Virus record (IMG/VR): IMGVR_UViG_2778261692_000009 | Span: 1 to 25,085 of that record | DNA: 25,085 bases | Strand: one strand, 5' to 3' | Origin: a virus | Taxonomy: Duplodnaviria > Heunggongvirae > Uroviricota > Caudoviricetes | Shown here: piece by piece, positions 17,531 to 25,085 of the stretch | Position numbering within the stretch: position 1 is the stretch's first letter | How the letters are laid out: each line of letters opens with the position of its first letter | Position numbers and translations under genes: made by a program | The notes under the pieces: model-generated | Databases searched by the model: none | Seen by the model: only the letters and a program-made list of their open reading frames with translations | What the model was told of the DNA's origin: nothing

Positions 17531-17719
17531 TCAACTGATGACATCCATTGAGCGGTTGTATTCGTGGATTCTGATCTTTGCCATGAGTTCATCAGTCAAT
17601 TCAGAAACCCACTGCAGAGCCAGCCCCTTCTCTTCATCACTACACTCACTAGCCGCTACAAGCTTAAGAAAAAAATCAATGCGCTGGAGCTTCAAAGACT
17701 CCAAAAAATAGTCCTGCAT
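17531..17719 (-). CDS. small hypothetical protein, first gene of the LexA-controlled operon
   Basis: 62 aa from the ATG at 17719 with a perfect AGGAGG ribosome-binding site; its stop lies 11 nt upstream of the DinI-like start; different reading frame from the DinI-like ORF. Confidence 0.5.
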   Translation of the reverse strand: MQDYFLESLKLQRIDFFLKLVAASECSDEEKGLALQWVSELTDELMAKIRIHEYNRSMDVIS

Positions 17720-17762
17720 TTTTCCTCCTATGACACCACAAGCAATACTGTATGTATAACCA

Positions 17763-17778
17763 CTGTTTATATTTACAG
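17763..17778. promoter_or_regulatory. LexA operator (SOS box) overlapping the promoter of the Tum-like operon
   Basis: CTGTTTATATTTACAG is a perfect CTGT-N8-ACAG with an AT-rich spacer; on the minus strand a -35 TTTACA (17803..17798) and -10 TACTGT (17780..17775) are 17 bp apart, with the -10 overlapping the box. Confidence 0.7.
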
Positions 17779-17872
17779 TATATAATAATCTTACTGATGT
17801 AAAACGTTTTTTTACATTCATTAGCATGATATGCCTGGTATTATTAAGAGCACGAATTGTTAGCCCGCGGAA

Positions 17873-20287
17873 TTAATACAGGTTCCGCCACTTATCATCT
17901 TCCCGCAAACGCTGGTTCCGATAGAAGATACGCAGGCCTGCTCCTGACGGAATACTGCCGCCGCGAAGGAGTAAATCGACCTCTTTCTCGCTACCATCAA
18001 ATCCTCTGGACTTCAGCTCATAGACGAGCTGCAGTCGCTGATGGTCTGTAATTCGCTGTTTGTAGTCTTTACGCCGTTTCGGTTTAACCAGGCGTAACCT
18101 TGCTGCCAGTTCCCAGCGCTCTTTTTTGCTCTTACTGTGCAGGTAATCGTGCAACTCCTTGTCATCCATGCGGGTAATGTCCGTTCTAGTGCCCCCATCA
18201 GCTGATTTATCTTTCTCCTGTTGGTTCAAATTTTCAGCAAGGGGACAGTTATTGCCACGAGTCCAAGGGGCGCAAGCGCCCTGGTCGGCTGCCGCCTCCT
18301 GAACGTCAACGGCTTTACGAACCATTTTCCACTTCACTGCATGAGTGCAGATCTTGCCCTCTGCAATGGGTGACCAGATGCCATAAATACGAATGCCGTG
18401 ATCGCCATAGGCGGTCGGCTCTTCGTTGATTTCATAAGCGGTTCTGATGAGGTGATATTTACGGGGAACCAGTACGCCGCCCTGCTTCATGATGTAGGTG
18501 GCAAAACAACCAGCATCAGCAGCAGCCAGGATGGCATCAAGGCGCGGGTTATCCAATACCGGCGCACCTGCTTTTTTGTCCCCCTTTTGCCTTACCGCCT
18601 GACCAGCCAGCAATCGCAGTTCACGGTAAGCCTGACGCCCCGGAATGCCAAAGAAGCGGAATTGCTGAACACGATGCAAAGACGCCCAGGCATTCACGTA
18701 TTCAGCGTTATCACGCAGAGATTTACCCGTTTCCTTGCTGATCTCGCCAGCCAGACCACGCCCGTCAATGTTCTTACTGATGTATTTCGCTATGTAGCTT
18801 GTCGGCGTTCCTTTGCGCGGGTTAATCAGCTCAGACTTAAAGCGCGGCCCCGTGTTATTGCCCAGCTCCTCGCGGTCTTCACGGATAGCAAACTTACGCA
18901 ACAATGCTGTAATGGCGCGGCGGTCTTTTTTGCGCATGAAACACAACAGGTGCCAGTGAACTGTGCCGTCGTGATGCGGCTCAGCCACCCGCACGCCATA
19001 CCAGCGCAACCCGGCTTTGTGCATCGCCTTACGAAATGCAGCAAACATACCGACCAGATAATCGCTGCTTTGTCTTACCGTCGCATTTGTCCAGGTCGGG
19101 TTGGGCCTGCCGTTATTTAGCGTGGAATGGAAACGTGACGGACAGGTGATGGTGTAGAAAACGGCGCAGTCACCGCGCATTTCCGCGATAAGCTCCAGAC
19201 CTTTAACACAGGCCATCATCTCATTGCGGCGATGCGCAGGGTTGCTGCTGCTGGCGTTTACCACATCCTCCATGTCTAGCGTGTCGCCGTCTTCGTTCAC
19301 CAGTTCATGAGAACGGAAAAACTCCAGCGACTTACGGCGCTGCTCACGTTTATGCAACACGGCTTCATAGCTGACATAGGGAGATGCTTTTTTGCTGACA
19401 AGGCAGACAGCACGCAACTGCTCTTCCCGCCATTCGCAACGCATCTTCCATAATTTCCGATACCACCAGTCGGCGCACAACATACGCGCCAGCGAACCCG
19501 GAATGAGTTCATAGGGCACGGGTTTACGGCGGTTTCTTTTCCGACGGAGTTGCTCAAACGCAGGCGGGATGACATCCAGACGCAGGGTTTCCGCTGCCAC
19601 CCTTTCCCATGTATTGCGGATTTCTTCTGGCTTAACGTCATCGGTGGCATACAAATCGCCACAAGCGGCATCAAGGCACATACTCATATGCGCAGCTACC
19701 AGGGTGGACAGGCGTTTCACCTGATCCTGACTCATTTCAGGCAGGATCAGCAGGCCGTCCAGCCCTTCATGGCTTGCCATAAAGCGAAAAGATGCAGATA
19801 GCTGACTGTCGCGTACATGCTCCAGTCGTTCCAGACATGGCTTAATCGTCTCACGTAAATAGCGGGAATAAGCCTTTGGCCTGCCCAGGCTGCTGAAGTA
19901 TTCAATACGTTGCATCAGCGGCTTGCTGATATGGGAAGGCTGGGCGTTGACGTCCGCCAGAATGACCATATCCGGATTAAAACGCTGCTGCTCATGCGCC
20001 AGCTTTGCCCGACTAATGAGCTTATCCTGTTCCATTTCGCGCTGGACAGGATCACGGGATTCATTAAAGAAATAACGCTCCCAGACCTGATCACTCAGCG
20101 CCTCACGGCGCAGCTGTTCCTGCTCGTTATCGGCAGCGTACAGAGTGATCAGGTTTGAAAGCGTAGAAACCGGCGCAACTTCCACCGGGTCCAGATAAGG
20201 GTTAATGGCCTTTTTCGAGCTGTTCCATGAGAACGATGCGGCAGCTTCGTTAAAGCCGCAGCAGTTGTTCATATCGGCATGACTCAT
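17873..20287 (-). CDS. A: replication initiation endonuclease (P2 gpA-like, rolling-circle HUH family)
   Basis: 804 aa; HUH-like motif (VHWHLL) and paired active-site tyrosines (YIAKYISK), as in P2 A; start overlaps the Dam stop. Confidence 0.9.
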   Translation of the reverse strand: MSHADMNNCCGFNEAAASFSWNSSKKAINPYLDPVEVAPVSTLSNLITLYAADNEQEQLRREALSDQVWERYFFNESRDPVQREMEQDKLISRAKLAHEQQRFNPDMVILADVNAQPSHISKPLMQRIEYFSSLGRPKAYSRYLRETIKPCLERLEHVRDSQLSASFRFMASHEGLDGLLILPEMSQDQVKRLSTLVAAHMSMCLDAACGDLYATDDVKPEEIRNTWERVAAETLRLDVIPPAFEQLRRKRNRRKPVPYELIPGSLARMLCADWWYRKLWKMRCEWREEQLRAVCLVSKKASPYVSYEAVLHKREQRRKSLEFFRSHELVNEDGDTLDMEDVVNASSSNPAHRRNEMMACVKGLELIAEMRGDCAVFYTITCPSRFHSTLNNGRPNPTWTNATVRQSSDYLVGMFAAFRKAMHKAGLRWYGVRVAEPHHDGTVHWHLLCFMRKKDRRAITALLRKFAIREDREELGNNTGPRFKSELINPRKGTPTSYIAKYISKNIDGRGLAGEISKETGKSLRDNAEYVNAWASLHRVQQFRFFGIPGRQAYRELRLLAGQAVRQKGDKKAGAPVLDNPRLDAILAAADAGCFATYIMKQGGVLVPRKYHLIRTAYEINEEPTAYGDHGIRIYGIWSPIAEGKICTHAVKWKMVRKAVDVQEAAADQGACAPWTRGNNCPLAENLNQQEKDKSADGGTRTDITRMDDKELHDYLHSKSKKERWELAARLRLVKPKRRKDYKQRITDHQRLQLVYELKSRGFDGSEKEVDLLLRGGSIPSGAGLRIFYRNQRLREDDKWRNLY

Positions 20288-21141
20288 GCACGTACTCCGT
20301 ACACGGCAGAACTATCCACGCCACGCGAATAATCAAATCCCACCCAGCAGCGCGGCCCGGAAACAGCAATGATTTCTGTTGCTGATTTACCCTCGCCAGC
20401 TGCCACACCGATGCTGCGTTTTGCCTTGATGTAGTGGTGAGTAAAATTGCGATACAGCGAACGGATCAGGGATGTGTCACTGTTAGAAACAATGACCGGA
20501 TGTCCTTCTGATGACCGATGTTCAAGAACAGATGCCAGGTGATACTGGTCATCTTCAGTGAAGCCGTCAGTGTGATAGCCGTAAAACGTACCGTCATACG
20601 GCGGATCGCAATACACCACATCCCCCGCCTTCAACATCGCCAGCGTTTCATCAAAGCTGGCGCAGATAAACGTTGCTCGCTGGGCCTTTTCTGCAAATGC
20701 GCGAATTTCTTTTTCAGGGAAATACGGATTTTTATAATTACCGTAGGGAATGTTGAAATGCCCGCTCTTGTTATAGCGACATAAACCACGGTAACCGTGA
20801 CGATTGAGATACAGGAAATATACCGCTTTCATGAAATCAGTAATTTCAGTTGAGTAATTAAACTCCTGCCTTATGTTGTAATAAGCCACCTCCCTGTTTG
20901 CGATCTCAAATAAAACTCTGGCGCGAGATATAAACGATTCACAATCAGCGGCAACCTTTTTATAGAGGTTGATTAAATCAGGATTAATATCCGCAACCAG
21001 ATAGCTGGGATAATCCGTCTCCATCATCACAGCACAGGAACCCGCGAAAGGTTCAACCAGTCGCGGGCCAGCAGGAAGATGTTTTTTTAGTTCGGACATT
21101 ATGGCAGTTTTATTTCCCGCCCATTTCAGGATGGTGCTCAT
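20284..21141 (-). CDS. dam: DNA adenine methyltransferase (Dam family, GATC-type N6-adenine MTase)
   Basis: From the internal Met ([11 protein letters not shown]...) the protein is collinear with recalled E. coli Dam ([36 protein letters not shown]); ATG overlaps the upstream zinc-finger gene stop. Confidence 0.92.
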   Translation of the reverse strand: MSTILKWAGNKTAIMSELKKHLPAGPRLVEPFAGSCAVMMETDYPSYLVADINPDLINLYKKVAADCESFISRARVLFEIANREVAYYNIRQEFNYSTEITDFMKAVYFLYLNRHGYRGLCRYNKSGHFNIPYGNYKNPYFPEKEIRAFAEKAQRATFICASFDETLAMLKAGDVVYCDPPYDGTFYGYHTDGFTEDDQYHLASVLEHRSSEGHPVIVSNSDTSLIRSLYRNFTHHYIKAKRSIGVAAGEGKSATEIIAVSGPRCWVGFDYSRGVDSSAVYGVRA

Positions 21142-21365
21142 ACAGCACCTCCGTTGTAATGTTTGCCTTTCAGCTCTGCGATTTCCTGACAGGTAATGCA
21201 AAGCTGCACACCCGGAATGGCACGGCGGCGTGCTGGCGGAATTGGCGCTTCACACTCAATGCAAAGCACGCGGGACACGCCCGGCGTTTTGGCACGGGCA
21301 GCACGGATATGGCGTTGGCGTTCTTCTTCAACGCGCTGCTGTACGAGATCCATTGCATCAGCCAT
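21138..21365 (-). CDS. TraR/DksA-family C4 zinc-finger protein
   Basis: 75 aa with CIECEAPIPPARRRAIPGVQLCITCQ (CxxC-x17-CxxC); common small early-operon gene of P2-family phages. Confidence 0.7.
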   Translation of the reverse strand: MADAMDLVQQRVEEERQRHIRAARAKTPGVSRVLCIECEAPIPPARRRAIPGVQLCITCQEIAELKGKHYNGGAV

Positions 21366-21604
21366 TAGTGGATCTCCTGCGCTTCGTTCTGGATTGCTTC
21401 AGCAGTCACACGAAGCAGTTCTGCCGCTTCGACGTGGGTTAGCTGGCGGGATGTGATATGACACGCCAGGCTATCAAGGCGAGCTGCCATTGCTTCAGCC
21501 CTTGCCCGGCGTTCTTCCAGACGAGCCTCTGTCAGTAAAATATTAAGCCCTGCGTCATCCGGTCCGGTTTTGGTCGAGAGGGTTTCAATATTACGCATAA
21601 TCAA
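21365..21604 (-). CDS. hypothetical early-operon protein
   Basis: 79-aa ORF tightly packed in the early operon (start adjacent to upstream stop); no family recognised. Confidence 0.4.
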   Translation of the reverse strand: MIMRNIETLSTKTGPDDAGLNILLTEARLEERRARAEAMAARLDSLACHITSRQLTHVEAAELLRVTAEAIQNEAQEIH

Positions 21605-21665
21605 TTCTCCTGAATTTAGATAAAGGGATGCCCGGCGGGTTTACGCCATTAATTTCATTAGTTGG

Positions 21666-22007
21666 TTAATTCGGCATGGTTAGCCGTCTGGGAAATAAGC
21701 TCACCACTGCACGAAAATGATTCATTGCTTTAATCAACTCCCGCTTTTCGTCAGTGGTCAGCTCATTAATGCTGATGCTATGACGTTCAGCTGGAATTTT
21801 TGCCATAAAGAATATGGCAGCCAGTGCCCGTTTATTTTGTTCGCTATTAATATCCCGTGAATCACGCATATCTTTAATAAACCGCTCAAGCTCTGACTCA
21901 ATATTCAGGCCAAAAACTTTCGCCCTTAACTCCGCAATGTGATTAAGTCCATTCAGGCGTTCACCGGGGCTTAATGGAACAGTCGCCGCAGTGCCTTCAA
22001 TAGCCAT
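21666..22007 (-). CDS. hypothetical early-operon protein
   Basis: 113-aa ORF in the position where 186 carries fil/dhr-type genes; no sequence recognition. Confidence 0.4.
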   Translation of the reverse strand: MAIEGTAATVPLSPGERLNGLNHIAELRAKVFGLNIESELERFIKDMRDSRDINSEQNKRALAAIFFMAKIPAERHSISINELTTDEKRELIKAMNHFRAVVSLFPRRLTMPN

Positions 22008-22171
22008 TTGTTCCCCCGTTTTTTCGTAGATAGTTCTGCCAGCAATTCATCTTGTGAACGGCACGGATGCCAGCGTTTACCATCCTCCCCCATGATCCAG
22101 CCGTGACCGTAATGCATTGCCGGGCTTTGTTTAACCAGCAGCGATGCAAATGATGGTTCTTTCGTCAGCAT
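21971..22171 (-). CDS. hypothetical small early-operon protein
   Basis: Start set to the internal Met (MLTKEPSF...) to avoid overlap with cII; uncertain. Confidence 0.3.
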   Translation of the reverse strand: MLTKEPSFASLLVKQSPAMHYGHGWIMGEDGKRWHPCRSQDELLAELSTKKRGNKWLLKALRRLFH

Positions 22172-22178
22172 AAGCACC

Positions 22179-22694
22179 TCACAGCAAACCAAATGAAGCA
22201 CCGAGGCCAGTCACGGTATCAACTGCACTCGCCATCGCAGGATTAGCCTGTAAACGGGCCTGCAATGAAACAGCCGCCAGCGCCATCAGTCGTGTTACAG
22301 AGTTAATGCTGCTGATAGCATCACGACGACCGGCACAGGTTTTTACATCGCCAGACACCGCACCTGCAGCAACACGCCCGATCTCTGCGGTTGCACTCAT
22401 GACGTAATGTGGCAGTTTCTCTTTTGCCACCTCATTAATCGGTACACATGGCAGACAATGAATCTGTGCCAGAAAACCATCTACCAGCGTTGAATCTTCA
22501 GTCAGATCGGTAAGCAGCCAGATTTCTGGTGCGGTTAATAAATGAGGCTGAGCTGGGTTCAGCTTGTTCCGCAGAATCTGCACATTCATGCCTGCACGTT
22601 CTGCCAGTTGCACCAGATTGTGGCGCAGTGCAAATGCACGACAGGCTTCATCAAAATGTGGATGTTTGGAAACTTGGTAATCAAACATGGTCAA
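22179..22694 (-). CDS. cII: phage regulatory CII-family protein (186 CII-like)
   Basis: 171 aa; [45 protein letters not shown]...[23 protein letters not shown] matches my recollection of the CP76/CII family; second gene of the early lytic operon. Confidence 0.7.
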   Translation of the reverse strand: MTMFDYQVSKHPHFDEACRAFALRHNLVQLAERAGMNVQILRNKLNPAQPHLLTAPEIWLLTDLTEDSTLVDGFLAQIHCLPCVPINEVAKEKLPHYVMSATAEIGRVAAGAVSGDVKTCAGRRDAISSINSVTRLMALAAVSLQARLQANPAMASAVDTVTGLGASFGLL

Positions 22695-22720
22695 TGCCTC
22701 TGATGTATTTCAGAATCGAA

Positions 22721-22942
22721 CTAATTAAGGTTTAGATTGCATTCTGAAAGCGCATCAACGGTCATTGCTGCTATGTTGATCATCACTTTTTCGCGTTTTT
22801 TATCTTTGCGCAGACGGTGACGGATAAGGCGTCCATCAGCCAACATGTCATTGATGGTATCGATGGATAGCCCTGTCAGCTCGCTATAGCGTTCAATAGT
22901 CACATGAGGCGTGGTAAGAGTGATTGAAATGTTAGGTCTCAT
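22721..22942 (-). CDS. Apl/Cox-like small DNA-binding protein (excisionase / early regulator)
   Basis: 73-aa first gene of the early operon, divergent from cI; helix-turn-helix-like segment ([25 protein letters not shown]); call rests mainly on position and size. Confidence 0.5.
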   Translation of the reverse strand: MRPNISITLTTPHVTIERYSELTGLSIDTINDMLADGRLIRHRLRKDKKREKVMINIAAMTVDALSECNLNLN

Positions 22943-23067
22943 GATGCAACATTCCTCGTTTAATGATGATTAATCAGGACGAATACGGATCGTTTGTATT
23001 TTGTGAACACCATAAACATACGATCGCACGTTGAAATCGTCAAGATAAAAGTTCACTTGGAGTGACC
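22943..23067. promoter_or_regulatory. lysis-lysogeny switch region (early lytic promoter, cI promoter and operators)
   Basis: Intergenic region between divergent apl-like and cI genes; contains an imperfect inverted repeat GGATCGTTTGT ... ACATACGATCG that may be operator half-sites. Confidence 0.5.
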
Positions 23068-23637
23068 ATGAATTTGGAGAAAGGCGGACGAGGCGCCATA
23101 GAGCGCATGGTAGAAGCTTATGGATTCAAGACTCGACAGGCGTTGTGCGATCATTTAGGAATCTCTAAAAGTACACTCGCCACACGCTACATGCGTGACT
23201 CATTCCCAGCAGAATGGGTAATCCAGTGCGCCCTTGAAACAGGCACCTCGCTTAATTGGCTCACAACCGGGCATGGTTCAAAGCAAACTTCAGGTAATAC
23301 AAATACTATGGAAGTTGCTAAATATGTATTATCTGATGGGGCCTTGTGTGAAGACGGTTTTTATATTTTCGATAGAGAATTTCTACCGTCGGCATTCAAG
23401 AATCTTTTTGTAATCACAGATAATAATTCTGAATTTATTTGTGATAAGGAATTTGATGATATACGTGATGGTAAATGGGTAATAAGTATTGATGGCGAAA
23501 TAACGATCCGTGACATTACTCGTTTACCCGGTGGAAGAATCTTCGTCGAGGGTGGAAACAGAGCCTTTGAATGTAAGATAGAAGACATTGAAATAATTGG
23601 TAAAATTATAAGTTTAACAGTCAAGTATGTTAAATAG
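23068..23637 (+). CDS. cI: CI-type immunity repressor (186 CI-like)
   Basis: About 190 aa; N-terminal helix-turn-helix-like region (QALCDHLGISKSTLATRY); ATG at 23068 with a GGAG ribosome-binding site (ORF track uses GTG at 23062); AT-rich; upstream of int. Confidence 0.7.
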   Translation: MNLEKGGRGAIERMVEAYGFKTRQALCDHLGISKSTLATRYMRDSFPAEWVIQCALETGTSLNWLTTGHGSKQTSGNTNTMEVAKYVLSDGALCEDGFYIFDREFLPSAFKNLFVITDNNSEFICDKEFDDIRDGKWVISIDGEITIRDITRLPGGRIFVEGGNRAFECKIEDIEIIGKIISLTVKYVK

Positions 23638-23652
23638 TACCGGGAGGAAATT

Positions 23653-23844
23653 ATGCTTGGTAAGGTATTTTTTGTGGTTTTGTCATGTTCTTTGTTATTA
23701 AACCCACTAGCTACCTATGCTAGAAATTATCCCTGCTCAGGGAAAAAGGGAGGTGTTTCTCACTGTACCTCTGATGGCAAATTCGTTTGCAATGATGGAA
23801 CTATTAGTAAATCCAAAAAAATCTGTACTAAAAACTCACGATAA
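23653..23844 (+). CDS. small secreted cysteine-rich peptide (63-aa precursor)
   Basis: Strong ribosome-binding site (GGGAGG, 5-nt spacing); predicted signal peptide [23 protein letters not shown]; mature part of about 40 aa with four Cys; AT-rich; between cI and int. Confidence 0.5.
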   Translation: MLGKVFFVVLSCSLLLNPLATYARNYPCSGKKGGVSHCTSDGKFVCNDGTISKSKKICTKNSR

Positions 23845-24032
23845 CTTTTGCTTTTATATCTGCGCCTAAAATAAAAATGAGCCACAGGTTAACCGCAAAA
23901 GTTACATGATCACATAGCAAAAAGAATAGCCTACTTCATTATGGCTTCAGTGAGATGTATGGTCGCAGGATTTCATACATTGACACTGGTTATACATACA
24001 GTAAAAATGCTCTCTATTGGAGGGCATTTTTT

Positions 24033-25085
24033 ATGGCTGTACGAAAACTCACCACAGGAAAATGGCTTTGCGAATGTTACCCCGCCGGACGTAGTGGGCG
24101 TCGTGTGCGTAAACAATTCGCCACCAAAGGCGAAGCACTGGCTTTTGAGCGTCACACGATGGAAGAAACCGAAGCAAAGCCCTGGCTAGGTGAATCAGTG
24201 GATCGTCGAACACTGAAAGACGTGGTTGAGCTATGGTTCAAACTACATGGTAAATCACTGACTGCTGGGCAGCATGTCTATGACAAATTGCTGCTGATGG
24301 TTGACGCTCTGGGCAATCCCCTTGCAACTGATCTAACCTCTAAAATGTTTGCCCACTATCGAGATAAACGCCTGACAGGTGAGATCTACTTCAGCGAGAA
24401 ATGGAAGAAAGGAGCAAGCCCGGTCACCATTAACCTGGAGCAAAGCTATCTAAGTAGTGTTTTTAGCGAACTATCCCGCCTGGGCGAATGGTCGTATCCG
24501 AACCCACTGGAGAACATGCGAAAATTCACCATCGCAGAAAAAGAGATGGCATGGCTTACCCATGAGCAGATTGTTGAATTACTGGCTGATTGCAAACGTC
24601 AGGACCCAATTCTGGCACTGGTAGTTAAGATATGCTTAAGCACAGGCGCACGCTGGCGAGAAGCCGTAAATCTTACTCGTTCACAGGTGACCAAATACCG
24701 AATTACCTTTGTAAGAACGAAGGGGAAGAAAAACAGAAGCATCCCTATCAGTAAAGAGCTTTACGAAGAGATCATGGCGCTTGATGGGTTCAATTTCTTC
24801 ACAGACTGCTATTTTCAATTTTTATCCGTGATGGAAAAAACGTCTATCGTGCTCCCTCGCGGTCAACTCACACACGTTCTGCGCCATACGTTTGCGGCGC
24901 ACTTCATGATGTCGGGTGGAAACATTCTGGCCTTACAAAAAATTCTCGGACACCACGATATAAAAATGACTATGCGTTACGCACATCTGGCACCGGATCA
25001 TCTGGAAACGGCGCTCCGTTTCAATCCTCTGGCAACGCTGCCAAGTGGCGACAAAGTGGCGGCAGCGGTTGGCATTACCCCGTAA
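24033..25085 (+). CDS. int: tyrosine integrase (P2 Int-like)
   Basis: Internal Met MAVRKLTTGKW... with a GGAGGG ribosome-binding site; C-terminal catalytic region ...HVLRHTFAAHF...LGHHDIKMTMRYAHL; stop codon is the last three bases of the window, so attL/attR should lie just beyond. Confidence 0.9.
   Translation: MAVRKLTTGKWLCECYPAGRSGRRVRKQFATKGEALAFERHTMEETEAKPWLGESVDRRTLKDVVELWFKLHGKSLTAGQHVYDKLLLMVDALGNPLATDLTSKMFAHYRDKRLTGEIYFSEKWKKGASPVTINLEQSYLSSVFSELSRLGEWSYPNPLENMRKFTIAEKEMAWLTHEQIVELLADCKRQDPILALVVKICLSTGARWREAVNLTRSQVTKYRITFVRTKGKKNRSIPISKELYEEIMALDGFNFFTDCYFQFLSVMEKTSIVLPRGQLTHVLRHTFAAHFMMSGGNILALQKILGHHDIKMTMRYAHLAPDHLETALRFNPLATLPSGDKVAAAVGITP

Noticed and set aside
17748-17763. 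Second CTGT-N8 element (CTGTATGTATAACCAC) just downstream of the LexA box
   Set aside because: Only the CTGT half-site is present and the right half is CCAC rather than ACAG; it is not a full SOS box, though a weak auxiliary site cannot be excluded.
18398-19120. 240-aa plus-strand ORF antisense to replication gene A
   Set aside because: Entirely within the A coding region on the opposite strand, with a Arg/Leu-rich shadow-frame composition; A is supported by HUH and tyrosine motifs.
1-25085. CRISPR arrays, tRNA/rRNA genes and IS/transposase elements
   Set aside because: No regularly spaced direct repeats, no cloverleaf-like tRNA candidates at the int-proximal end (att lies beyond the window), and no transposase-like ORF or terminal inverted repeats were seen.

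Overview
The whole window is one near-complete P2-family temperate prophage, closest in regulatory layout to coliphage 186, read in the reverse of the conventional P2 map. Order left to right: tail fibre and baseplate genes G-H-I-J-W-V (minus strand), tail completion S-R, a lysis cassette, X-L-M-N-O head genes (minus), terminase P and portal Q (plus), an accessory region around a candidate cos site, a LexA-controlled Tum/DinI-like operon, replication gene A, a Dam methylase and small early genes, cII and apl (minus), then cI, a small secreted peptide and int (plus), ending at the window edge. Three visibly AT-rich islands interrupt the GC-rich backbone: (1) a single plus-strand gene of unknown function inserted between V and S, (2) a cos-proximal island with an OLD-family ATPase-TOPRIM gene and a 176-aa unknown protein, (3) the cI to int interval carrying a small cysteine-rich secreted peptide. 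The most likely undescribed element is the V/S-inserted gene; the OLD-like gene is a divergent member of a known anti-phage family. All homology statements come from reading the translations and recalling protein families, not from database searches; GC content was judged by eye. No rRNA, tRNA, CRISPR array or IS element was seen.
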